Notes: generated from the letters alone by a model not told the origin. A DNA stretch of 64,000 bases from Eledone cirrhosa (GCA_964016885.1 OZ024741.1:86242001-86306000); one strand, 5' to 3'. Positions 14,529 through 28,291 are shown, counted from the stretch's first letter. Program-made: numbers and translations.

Positions 14529-17500
14529 TTAGAGATGCCTACTGGCAAGGCGGGTCTTCTCTGTTACTGAGTACCGCCAAAGGTCTCGGTCCAGTGACAT
14601 TGTCTTGGAGAGGTGTAAGTGTGTGAGGTCGGAGTTTATCAGCTCATCCCATGTTTTTCTAGGTCTGCCTATTCCGTGGCTACCGTCTATCTTTATTGCC
14701 CTGCACTTTGTTATACAGCTATCGACTTTCATGCGCATCACGTGTCCATACCAACGCAGCCTTCTCTCGAGTAAACAACATCTGATCCCTCTTATCTCTA
14801 ATTTTTTCCTTAGTTCGTTTATGCTTTGCCGTTCACGTATATTACTGTTACACATCCAGCGGAGCATGCAAGCTTCGTTCCTCTCTAGTCTGCGTATATC
14901 CTCTGCACACAATGCCCAGGTCTCACTACCATGCAACATTGCTGTTCGTATGCAGGCATCGTACAACCTGCCTTTCATTTTTAGGGAGAACCCTTTAGCG
15001 GCTAATAGTGGTATAAGCTGTCTGAACTTTTTCCAACCAGTTCTGACTCTAGCTACAGTACTTTCAGAGCACCCTTCCCCACTGCTGATTTTACCGCCCA
15101 GGTAACGGAAGCTGTCCACTATTTCTATAGAACCCTCTGCGCAATTGAAAGAGCTAGTATTTTGTGGGCACTTGCTGCTACTTATTGCACCAGAACACCG
15201 GCCACATGTAAAATCTATGTTCTTAGTTAGCTTACCTGTGATCCCACTACATCTTTTATGCACCCATACTTTGCATTTAGGACATAAAATGGAGTTTCTA
15301 CCTACGCCTTTCCTACACACCGAGCACGACCATTTCCCAGAAGGGACCGCCGCCTTGTTTTCTTTCCTACAAACTAGAACTTTGGTCTTAGCCAGGTTAA
15401 TTTTAAGTCCTTTTGACTCTAGGCCGTGCTTCCATGTTTGGAATTTCTTCTCTAGCTCGGCCATTGATTCCGCTATGAGTGTCAGGTCGTCTGCGTATAG
15501 GAGTTCCCATGGGCAGCCTGTCTTGAACTCCTCTGTTATAGCCTGAAGGGCAATAATAAATAGTAGGGGGCTGAGAACAGAGCCCTGATGGACGCCAACT
15601 TTTACGCTAAACTCTTCACTATATTCGTTGTTAATTCTAACCTTGCTGACTGTTTCCTTATACATGGCTTCTACAGCCCTCACAAGCCATTCGTCAACGC
15701 CTAGTTTTCTAAGAGCCCACCAGATAATGGAGCGGGGGACGCTGTCGAAGGCTTTCTCCAGGTCGACAAAAGCTAAGTAGAGGGGTTTACCTTTAGCTAG
15801 GTACTTCTCCTGTAGTTGTCGTACTATGAAAAGAGCGTCTGTGGTGCTTTTGCCTGACACAAACCCGAACTGCATTTCATCTAGGTCAATTCTCTCTCTG
15901 ATTAGTTGCGCTATTACTTTTTCCGTGACCTTCATGACCTGGTCGATTAATTTAATGCCTCTATAGTTACTCCTATCTAGGGCGTCTCCTTTACCCTTAT
16001 AACAGTTAACGATGATGCTGCTATGCCAGTCCTTCGGAACAACCCCATTCTGTACGACTTGGTTAACTATGCGGGTGACCATGGTGTGTCCCACCGTGCC
16101 AGATGCCTTCAGCATCTCAGCAACTATTTCCGAAGGCCCAGCCGCCTTACCCGTCTTCATATCCTTGATTGCCTTACTTATTATACTCCCCTCGACTAAC
16201 ACTGCTGGTCCCTCTATCGGGTCGATATGGGGGAGACTGTCTTTCTCCCATTTATTCTCCTCATTTAGTAGCCTTTCATAGTGACACTTCCAAGCTACCT
16301 TCTTATCAGTGTCGGTGATGGCAAGTATGCCATCATCGTTAAGTACACACTTCTCCCCGACAATATCACGGTTTTCCTTGACGCATTGCCTGGCAATCCT
16401 GAACACCTCGCGTTTTTGGTCATCGCGTTGTAGAACATGCTTGAACTTTCTTTCCTCAGCTTCCCTTCTTGCTAAGTACACTTCTCTCCTAGCTTCCCTC
16501 CTGGCGACTTGATAGTCTACTCTACTTCCCCCATCCCGCCATACTTTCCAAGCCTGCTTTTTGGCCTTAATTGACCCCTCCACCCTACTGTTCCACCACC
16601 ATGTTACTCTCCTCCTGCCTACAGGCCTGCTCCAGCCACAGACTTCGTCTGTCGCCAACAGCAGGTTTGCTTTCAGAAATTCCCACTGTCCCTCTATATT
16701 GTCCGATTCTAGATGCTCTTCCTTACTGTCGAAAGCATCAAGTAATATGCTTTGAAATTTATTTCTGGCTGTGGGGTCCTTTAGCTTCCATATTTTCCTC
16801 CTGAGGATAGTCCTCTTCTGCTGTCGAGTACGTCTCGTCCTGACTATGAGGTCGCTAATTATCAGTCTATGTTGGGAGGTGCATTCTTCATGGGGGAGGG
16901 ATTTAGTGTTTACAACAGACACTCTGTCACGTCTTCTGGTAAGGATATAATCTACCTGGCTTGTGTGTTCCCCGGATCTATAGGTGATCAGGTGATTGTC
17001 ACGTTTTTTGAAGTTAGTGTTACAGATAGTTAGGTTATTTGCATCACAGAATTCCAGGATTCTGGAGCCTTCCTCATTTCTAGTACCAAACCCATAGCCT
17101 CCATGGATTTCGTCGTAGCCGTCACAATGTTGTCCAACGTGACCATTTAGGTCGCCTGCAATAATTATATAGTCACTGTCAGATATTTGGGAGGTAGTTA
17201 GCAACAGTGTCTCATAGAATCTGTCTTTTATAGTGCCGGGCAGTCCGGATTGGGGTGCGTACGCAGATATTACTGTCACCGTAGTTCTATTGAGGACAAG
17301 TCGTATTTTAATTATTCTGTCGTTCACTCTATTTACGTCTATTATCTTATCTGCCCACTTTTCTGCTACCATGATTCCTACTCCACCCAGCCCATCGTCG
17401 TTTCCCACCCAGAAAAGCTTATAACATCGTTTTTTACCCTCAATGAATCTAGCAGACCCACCCCTCCACCTGGTCTCTTGAATACAACAAACATCGACCT

Positions 17501-17807
17501 CGTTACGTTCAAGCATTTCTACAACCTCGTTAGCGCGACCCTTTAGGCTGCCTACATTTATGGTACCAACTCTGAAGTTTTGGGTTGCGTTTGGAGGGTG
17601 GGGGTGGTGGGGGGCGGGGGGAGATGGGGTTATGTTAGCCATCCGCGGGCGAAACAAAGAGGAGTGCTCGCATTCTCGTCCACGAGGTGAATTTGACTTT
17701 AACTTTGGCATTTTCGCTCTGAGCGTCCAGATTTTTCTCTCCCTTCCACTCTCCAGGATCCCGCAGTCCGTCCATCCATCCATCCATCCATCATATATCG
17801 AAGGCAA
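14529..17807 (-). CDS. RTE LINE single ORF: APE endonuclease + reverse transcriptase with embedded PHD-like finger (first ATG at 17783, alternative 17711)
   Basis: EN motifs GTINVGSL, CCIQETRW, SAYAPQ, AGDLNGHVG, VDYIL, SQHR. RT motifs YRGIKL, FVDLEKAFD, GVHQGSVLSPLLF, YADD, FRYLG. RTE C-terminus AMLHGSETW..RRLRWYGHV..GRPRKTW. No stop codon in 1092 codons. Confidence 0.96.
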   Translation of the reverse strand: MPSIYDGWMDGWTDCGILESGRERKIWTLRAKMPKLKSNSPRGRECEHSSLFRPRMANITPSPPAPHHPHPPNATQNFRVGTINVGSLKGRANEVVEMLERNEVDVCCIQETRWRGGSARFIEGKKRCYKLFWVGNDDGLGGVGIMVAEKWADKIIDVNRVNDRIIKIRLVLNRTTVTVISAYAPQSGLPGTIKDRFYETLLLTTSQISDSDYIIIAGDLNGHVGQHCDGYDEIHGGYGFGTRNEEGSRILEFCDANNLTICNTNFKKRDNHLITYRSGEHTSQVDYILTRRRDRVSVVNTKSLPHEECTSQHRLIISDLIVRTRRTRQQKRTILRRKIWKLKDPTARNKFQSILLDAFDSKEEHLESDNIEGQWEFLKANLLLATDEVCGWSRPVGRRRVTWWWNSRVEGSIKAKKQAWKVWRDGGSRVDYQVARREARREVYLARREAEERKFKHVLQRDDQKREVFRIARQCVKENRDIVGEKCVLNDDGILAITDTDKKVAWKCHYERLLNEENKWEKDSLPHIDPIEGPAVLVEGSIISKAIKDMKTGKAAGPSEIVAEMLKASGTVGHTMVTRIVNQVVQNGVVPKDWHSSIIVNCYKGKGDALDRSNYRGIKLIDQVMKVTEKVIAQLIRERIDLDEMQFGFVSGKSTTDALFIVRQLQEKYLAKGKPLYLAFVDLEKAFDSVPRSIIWWALRKLGVDEWLVRAVEAMYKETVSKVRINNEYSEEFSVKVGVHQGSVLSPLLFIIALQAITEEFKTGCPWELLYADDLTLIAESMAELEKKFQTWKHGLESKGLKINLAKTKVLVCRKENKAAVPSGKWSCSVCRKGVGRNSILCPKCKVWVHKRCSGITGKLTKNIDFTCGRCSGAISSSKCPQNTSSFNCAEGSIEIVDSFRYLGGKISSGEGCSESTVARVRTGWKKFRQLIPLLAAKGFSLKMKGRLYDACIRTAMLHGSETWALCAEDIRRLERNEACMLRWMCNSNIRERQSINELRKKLEIRGIRCCLLERRLRWYGHVMRMKVDSCITKCRAIKIDGSHGIGRPRKTWDELINSDLTHLHLSKTMSLDRDLWRYSVTEKTRLASRHL

Positions 17808-17828
17808 CCGTGCAAGCGATAGTATAGG

Positions 17829-17985
17829 CCTCTGGCTTATGATTGGTCCGCGTAATAATAATAATGGTGATGCGTGTGTGTGTGGGGGGGGGGTCTCTGG
17901 CTTATAATAATAATAATGGTGATGCGTGTGGGGGGGGTCTCTGGCTTATGATTGGTCCACGTATTAAGAATGGTGGTGTGTGGGG
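17829..17985 (-). promoter_or_regulatory. Three ~45-65 bp imperfect tandem units, two with a CCAAT box, directly upstream of the RTE ORF
   Basis: CTCTGGCTTAT(GATTGGTCC)..ATGGTG.TG.GTG.GGG repeated three times; on the minus strand GGACCAATCATAAGCCAGAG occurs twice. Promoter role is inferred. Confidence 0.45.
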
Positions 17986-18011
17986 GCGGGTGGGAGGGGT
18001 GTGGGGTAGCT

Positions 18012-18878
18012 AGCTGGAAGGTTATGAATGTTTAACAAGCGATTAACAAAAAGCAAAACTGCAAGATTTGTTCTGTTCAATACGACAAAAACACCGTATT
18101 TAAACCTTAATAAATAAAAAAAATACAGATTTCGGATTTTGCGAGATTGGATGTTTGGACTATGTACGAAATTGTGGTGTGTGGAGTAGATAGGAAAAAC
18201 GTGAACGTTACGATTACATGGTTACACCGTAGTAGGGATAGTTGAAGCAGCAATTGTTTGGCGAAAGTGAATAAACATGAACGGGAATTTATCTTATATA
18301 TATATATATGTGTGTGTGTGTAGCTAAGAGAGAGAGAGAGAGGGGAAGGGGAAGAGAGAGAGAGAGTGGGAAGGGGGAGAGAGAGAGAGAGAGTGGCTGA
18401 CCGCAACCCCTCGTGAAGAAGATGGTGGGTGAAGGGTGTATGAGCGGGATTTTTGACTTTCGAGGTAGCACGATATATATATTTAAAGTAATTTATAAGA
18501 AGTAGAATGGGAAGGATTTTGTTTTTTTTGTTTGAGAATACGATAGAATTAAGGAATTGGAGGATACGATAGAATTAAGAATGGGAAGGATTTTGTTTTT
18601 TGTTTGGGAATACGATGGAATTAAGGAATTTAAGGAATTGGAGAATACGATAGAATTAAGGAATTGAGGAGCTGGAAGGTTATGAATGTTTAACAAGCGA
18701 TTAACAAAAAGCAAAACTGCAAGATTTGTTCTGTTCAATACGACAAAAACACCGTATTTAAACCTTAATAAATAACAAAAAATACAGATTTCGGATTTTG
18801 CGAGATTGGATGTTTGGACTATGTACGAAATTGTGGTGTGTGGAGTAGATAGGAAAAACGTGTACGTTACGAATACAT
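18012..18878. repeat. ~208-bp direct repeat (18012-18219 / 18670-18878) enclosing a GA tract and a GAATACGATAGAATTAAGGAATTGGAG minisatellite (~18503-18670)
   Basis: The two copies differ at only a few positions. Confidence 0.92.
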
Positions 18879-19468
<590 letters not shown>

Positions 19469-19675
19469 ATATTGTTATACTTGGGGAGGGTCATATTTGC
19501 GTAATATTGCCAGAATTAATAACACAACACACTCACTGTTTGGTTGGTTTTCGCTGTCTTTTATATCTGCGATCTAACTTACTCGGTCCTCAATGTTGCC
19601 ATTGACTGACCGACGGTCAAAAATAATACAGATACAATATAGACACAAACACATATATATAATTTACATAATTTA

Positions 19676-19718
19676 CATAAATCTTTCGTTGCACATCTGC
19701 AACATCGTCAGTGGTGTT
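19676..19718 (-). ncRNA. Degenerate type-I hammerhead ribozyme core in the PLE pLTR
   Basis: RNA ACACCA-CUGACGA-U-GUUGCA-GAUG-UGCAAC-GAAA-GAUU-UA. Perfect 6-bp stem II and near-palindromic stem III (AGAUUU), but stem I pairs only ~2 bp. Confidence 0.55.
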
Positions 19719-20001
19719 ATATTTTTATTTTATTTTTTTTTTTTCTTCCTGTTGTGTTGTATGTCTACGTCATTTTTTATTCAGTCTGTCTATATATTTA
19801 TTTATTTATTTGCTTGTTTGTTTATTTTATTTTGTCTTCTTTGCGCATGCGTTTGCGTGTGTGTATAGTGTTATGTGTGCTGTGTGACTAGTGTGTATAG
19901 TGTTGTGTCTGTTGGGTGACTAGTGTGTGTTTATTTGCTTGTTGTTATTGTGCTTGTGTAGATATTTATTTATCTTATTTTATTTTATTTTATTTACTTA
20001 T

Positions 20002-20430
20002 TTATACTTCTCTTAGGTCAGTGTTGTTTGTTTGGGTGTTGTTGTTGTTCCACTCATTCTTTCTGTTTAGCTTTGGTCTTCTAATTTCTATTTCACTGGC
20101 CTCACTGATTTGCCTATCTGCTGGGTCATTCCTATGTTTAGATATTATTCTAATTTCTATGTTGTCTATGTTACCGTCATGTTGTTGTCTAGCATGTTCG
20201 TATAGTACTGACCCGTTTTTTCGTCCTTTTAGTTCCCCCCAGTGTTGGTCTATCCTTTCACCTATGCTACGAGCTGTCTCACCTATGTATGTTGTTGTCA
20301 TGTTTCTGCAAGTACCCTCTGTACATCTTATGCTATAGACTACGTTTCTAGTTTTACAGTTTATCCGGGGGTCATAGTTGTGTGTGTTGCTATTATTGTT
20401 ATCATGATGGTTGTTGTTGTTTCTATCATT
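20002..20430 (-). pseudogene. PLE-type GIY-YIG endonuclease domain without RT (5'-truncated)
   Basis: Frame read upstream of the track ORF gives INCKTRNVVYSIRCTEGTCRNMTTTYIGETARSIGERIDQH...EH...RQISEASEIEIRRPKLNRKNEW, with an in-frame stop just upstream. Confidence 0.88.
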
Positions 20431-20608
20431 CTATCATATGATTGCTAGATGTATTGTTGTTTACTTCACCGTTATTGTTGTTACTGTTATTTCTACCATT
20501 ATTAATTCTGACAATATTACGCAAATATGACCCTCCCCAAGTATAACAATATCTGTTTCGACACACGATTTCATATAAAAAACCTCGGTAAACTAATTCA
20601 TCGCCGCT

Positions 20609-23830
<3,222 letters not shown>

Positions 23831-24172
23831 GGAGGCACATGGCTTAGTGGTTAGAGCATTGGCCTTGCAATTGAAAGGTTGTGAGTTCAATTCTCAGACC
23901 GGGTGATGTTTTGTTTCCTTGAGCAAGACACTTTATTTCACATTGCTCCAGTTTACTCAGCTGTAGAAATGAGATGATAGGGACCCCAGTCCCTATCATT
24001 CCACTGCAAAGTGGTCGTGGAGGTGCCACGGAAAAAAAAGCACCCAGCACTCACTGTAAATGAGGTTGGTGTTAGGAAGGGCATCCAGCTGTAGAAATCA
24101 GGCCAGAATCAGTTCCCGTCCCACCCTTGCAAGCAGGGAAAAGCGGACGTAAAATGAAATGATGATGATGAT
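23831..24172 (+). mobile_element. tRNA-head / CORE-domain SINE with RTE-derived tail (full length)
   Basis: A-box TGGCTTAGTGG, B-box GAGTTCAATTC; CORE-like CCTTGAGCAAGACACTT..CAGTTTACTCAGCTGTAGAAATGAG (cf. MIR CORE); tail matches the 3'UTR at 31520-31683; (GAT)n end. Confidence 0.9.
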
Positions 24173-24303
24173 ATATGTATATATGTATATATATAGATAT
24201 ATATATATATATGTATATATATAGATATATATATCTATGTATATATATAGATATATATATAGATATATATATATATATGTATATATATAGATATATATAT
24301 ATG

Positions 24304-24356
<53 letters not shown>

Positions 24357-24429
24357 GTATATATATGTATATATATAGATATATATATGTATATATATAT
24401 ATATGTATTTATATATATATATATATGTG

Positions 24430-24460
<31 letters not shown>

Positions 24461-24461
24461 G

Positions 24462-24496
<35 letters not shown>

Positions 24497-24559
24497 ATAT
24501 ATATATATGTATATATATATATCTATATATATATGTATATATATGTCTATATATATATC

Positions 24560-24601
<42 letters not shown>

Positions 24602-24867
24602 TATGTATCTATATGTATATATATATGTAGATAAATCTACCAAGAGTTTACGGTAGTGTCCAATCCGTATGAAGAACTCAATGTAATCCGGATATCATGG
24701 AAAGAAGAGATGCAATGAAAAATCACTTTCGGTGAAAGATAAACGGAATACAGAGTCAATGTATATATATATATATATCTATATATATATATGTATTTAT
24801 ATATATCTATATATATATATATATCTATATATATCTATATATATATATATCTATATATATATATATG
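24173..24867. repeat. (TA)n/TAGA/TATC microsatellite with a ~130-bp unique insert (24630-24760)
   Basis: Directly visible. Confidence 0.9.
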
Positions 24868-25446
24868 TAAATTGAAACAAAATGAAAACGAAATTTCATT
24901 TCTCACTCTTAGTATGGCACTTACTTAAATGTAAGTATGCATGTATACGTACATACATATATGTATACAGACGTACAGTAGCATGCACATATATATATAT
25001 ATATACATATATATATACATATGCATACAGGTACACATACATATATGCACGTATCAGTTTAGCGGCGCTTATTATAACGTCGCTTTGTTCGTTTGTAAAC
25101 AAACTGAACAGCCTGAATTTATGCCATACGGTGTTAAGGCAACCACGTCACCTTTTTGTTCAACACTGACACAGGAACGATGTACTAGTTTCAAGCTTGT
25201 TAGCTATCATCAGCACCGTTTACCCATCTGCCAGATAGTTGAACGTTCGAAAGTATATACTTTCCTTATGAAAATTAACGGCTGAGCAGCCTAATTTGCA
25301 TATTGAGTGAGTTAAATCGGTCAGGCATACCGAAAACGATAAATTGAAACAAAATGAAAACGAAATTTCATTTCTCACTCTTAGTATGGCACTTACTTAA
25401 ATGTAAGTATGCATGTATACGTACATACATATATGTATACAGACGT
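24868..25446 (-). mobile_element. Non-coding hammerhead-bearing unit (472-bp period, 107-bp terminal direct repeat); retrozyme/PLE-pLTR-like
   Basis: 24868-24974 identical to 25340-25446; internal hammerhead on the minus strand; no credible ORF; abuts (TA)n. Confidence 0.72.
25176..25220 (-). ncRNA. Minimal type-I hammerhead ribozyme
   Basis: RNA AACGGUG-CUGAUGA-U-AGCU-AACA-AGCU-U-GAAA-CUAG-UA^CAUCGUU. 7-bp stem I, 4-bp stem II, palindromic stem III (ACUAGU), GUA cleavage triplet between 25183 and 25182. Confidence 0.82.
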
Positions 25447-25690
25447 GGAACCCCCACCCCCTCCCATGCTAATCTGATCACCTAGGTACTGGAAGCTATC
25501 AACCACTTCTATAGAACCCACCTGCATTTGAAAAATGTGTCTATCACTGCGATTACTACTGTCAACTTTCCCTGTACATCTACTGCATACATCTACTGCA
25601 TACCTGTTAGTTTGACTGCTATCGCACTACATCTCTTGTGTACCCAAGATCTGCATTGCGTATATTTTGTAGAATTTATGCCAGTTCCTA
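25447..25690 (-). mobile_element. Decayed RTE fragment (PHD-like finger to RT motif 7)
   Basis: Minus translation INSTKYTQCRSWVHKRCS.. and SIEVVDSFQYLGDQIS. Confidence 0.7.
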
Positions 25691-26159
25691 TATATATATA
25701 TATGTATATGTATATATGTGACTGTCCCTTCACTCATCCTCCTGGGACACAACGCACGAACAGAAAAGGGGTTTCAAGCCAACACACAAACCACAATAAA
25801 GCCACCCCATGTTGCAGTAATGCTGCTCCAGTCTTTTCACAAAGACACAATTACAACAACAAATACAACAAATCAACAACAAAAGAGGGAACTATAACTC
25901 TATCCAATGGTGTAACCACAATTCCAGTCAAAAGCTGCTCCCTGAACATGAAAATTTTGTTTTTTAGCCATGTTGGACCTGGCAAAAGAGATACAGAAAA
26001 ACATTTTACCCACCACCCAACACCATCTTTGCTTCACTAACACACATCCTCATAACAAGCCCTCTGCAACAGTCAAAACCAGCCACCACACTAGCCTCCA
26101 CATTTTTACTCAATACATAAGATATCAGCCCATCCATCAATGCACAGAAATGGAAGATC

Positions 26160-27830
26160 CAGTTCATTGAGGATTGGGTTGGTAACCATCCATTTAACGT
26201 CCCCTTCTTCATTCTTACTGAGACACACCTTGACAACTCCCACTTGGAGACTGAAGTAAGAGAGGAATTTCACAACCATATGCGTGGATCATGTTGACAG
26301 ACGGTAGGGTGGAACTGCCATTTTCCTGCACGATTCCTTTACAGCAGATGGTAACACAACATTCTCCAATGGCTACTGTGAATCAGTCACTGTGCACAAC
26401 AAAGCCAATGACCTGATATTAGTAGGGCTCTATAGTCCACCCCAAACACCCATAATGCGCTTCAAAGAATGCCTCAACAGCATTAAGTGCTTTATTCAAC
26501 AGTGCCGTCCTAGTAACATACTTTTGATGGGAGACTTTAATCTACTCTGTGTTGATTGGTCTACAAACAGTTTGAAACCAGGCACTCCAACCTGAACCAC
26601 TGACAAAGAAGCAGTCAAGTCACTTTTTGACTTTATGAATGAGTTTTTCTTGTCCCAACTTGTCCTTGCACCAAGAAGGCATCAGAAGAACATTCTGGAC
26701 CTACTTTTTAGTAACCACACTAACACTATACATAATATTACAGTAGAAAAAACCCTTCTCTCAGACCATGACATGGTTCTTTGTAACCTGAGATTCCGCC
26801 AGCCGAAAGCTAGGACCTCTTAACAGCCCACTCGTTTGATAACATGGATCTCTATAATGCCAACTGGGATGCAATCATGAACGAGCTATCACATGTTGAT
26901 TTGTCTTTTACACACGTTCTCACTTCCACCAACATCAAAACATCTTGGCAGATCTTTGTAGACACTGTCACAAATATATGTGCAAAACCTGTGAACAAAA
27001 CTAAGTGCAGTATCCTCCAAAACAGAAAAAACTATTATCAGAAAAATAAAAAAATTAACACACTAAAATACTGCCAACAGCAACACACACATTCGACGAC
27101 TATCGCCCTGCTTGAATCAAATAAATATAACCTCCAACAATGCATGACGACCATCATCAATAACCAAAGAGCAGCTGAAGAGAAGTGGGCCATTGAGAAA
27201 ATCAAACTCAACCCCAAAGTGTTTTTTCATTTGCGAAAAAACACAAGGTCACTGTTGGCCCTCTAGTTGATGAAAGTGGCACAGTCCAAGATAATGCCAA
27301 AACCAATACTGCTCTGTTTTCAGCAATCCTGATATGGCCTATCTGGGCTGTATCAGGGACGTTAATCCCCAACACACTATATCGGACATAACGTTTGTCG
27401 TCCCTGATGTCTTAGCGGCAATAAACGGAATTAAACACAATTCAGCAGTAGGCCCAGACAGGTTCCCTGCTTGTGTCCTGAAGGTGTGTCGAGACCAACT
27501 TGCATCTCCTCTCGCTAATCTGTAGAGGAACTCACTGGATACTGGCTATATTCCTGAAACTTTTTTGTCCCAGTCCGTTGTCTCAATTTTCAAAAAGGAA
27601 AATAAGTCTCTTGCAGTGAACTACTGTCCGATGTCACTCACCTCTCATATCATCAAGGTATTTGAGAGGGTGGTGAGATCACGAATAACCCACTTTCTCG
27701 AAAGCAACGGGATGCTGAACTCCAACCAACATGGGTTCTGTAATGGAAGAGACTGCCTAACGTAGCTCCTGCAACACTTTGACGATGTTTTGGGAGAGTG
27801 CTCAAACACTGATGTCATCTTCATGCAGAC
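26160..27830 (+). mobile_element. Decayed CR1-like LINE ORF2 fragment (APE endonuclease, linker, RT N-terminus)
   Basis: ILTETHL, GLYSPP, LMGDFNL, ILDLLFSN, LSDH, SAVGPD, NYCPMSLTSHIIKVFERVV, NQHGF; stops and frameshifts. Confidence 0.88.
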
Positions 27831-27942
27831 AAAGAAGGACACTGAGGCGTAGAAAAGGTAAGGATGAATAGAGGAAATCCGAAGCCAGGCAATGGGATGT
27901 CTAAAATATGATAGTTTCAAAAATATTTATTTGTATATATAT

Positions 27943-28291
27943 ATCATCATTCATCATCATCATTTCATTTTACGTCCGCTTTTCCCTGCTTGCAAGGGTG
28001 GGACGGGAACTGATTCTGGCTTGATTTCTACAGCTGGATGCCCTTCCTAACACCAACCTCATTTACAGTGAGTGCTGGGTGCTTTTTTTGCCGTGGCGCC
28101 TACACGTCCACTTTGCAGTGGAATGATAGGGAACCCAGTCCCTATCATCTCATTTCTACAGCTGAGTAAACTGGAGCAATGTGAAATAAAGTGTCTTGCT
28201 CAAGGAAACAACACATCACCCGGTCTGAGAATTGAACTCACAACCTTTCGATTGCAAGGTCAATGCTCTAACCACTAAGCCATGTGCCTCC
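27943..28291 (-). mobile_element. tRNA/CORE SINE with RTE tail (full length)
   Basis: Near-identical reverse complement of 23831-24172. Confidence 0.92.

Larger units (their letters stand above)
14158..18878 (-). mobile_element. Apparently full-length RTE-clade LINE (family A); 5' boundary uncertain (17830-18878)
   Basis: Intact ORF, 370-nt 3'UTR ending in stem-loop + (GAT)n at 14158, and TA/TATG microsatellite on both flanks. Confidence 0.85.
19469..20608 (-). mobile_element. Penelope-like element (PLE) fragment: GIY-YIG endonuclease, pLTR with hammerhead core and inverted terminal segment
   Basis: GIY-YIG fragment; 52-bp inverted repeat 19469-19520 / 20501-20552 (1 mismatch); CUGACGA..GAAA core downstream of the EN. 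Confidence 0.8.

Noticed and set aside
17630-17720. HDV-like ribozyme near the RTE 5' end (UUCACCUCGUGG...GGCUAA)
   Set aside because: Could not build P1/P2/P3 pairings, and the segment lies within the ORF.
18503-18670. CRISPR-like short repeats
   Set aside because: Tandem minisatellite without unique spacers; eukaryotic context and no cas genes.
23831-23905. tRNA gene
   Set aside because: A/B boxes only. It is the head of a SINE repeated four times in the window, without a full cloverleaf.
24630-24760. Bulged hairpin GAGTT..TACGG/CCGTA..AACTC with hammerhead-like layout on the minus strand
   Set aside because: Core reads CUUCAUA/GUAAA and lacks the catalytic CUGANGA/GAAA; left as an unclassified repeat fragment.
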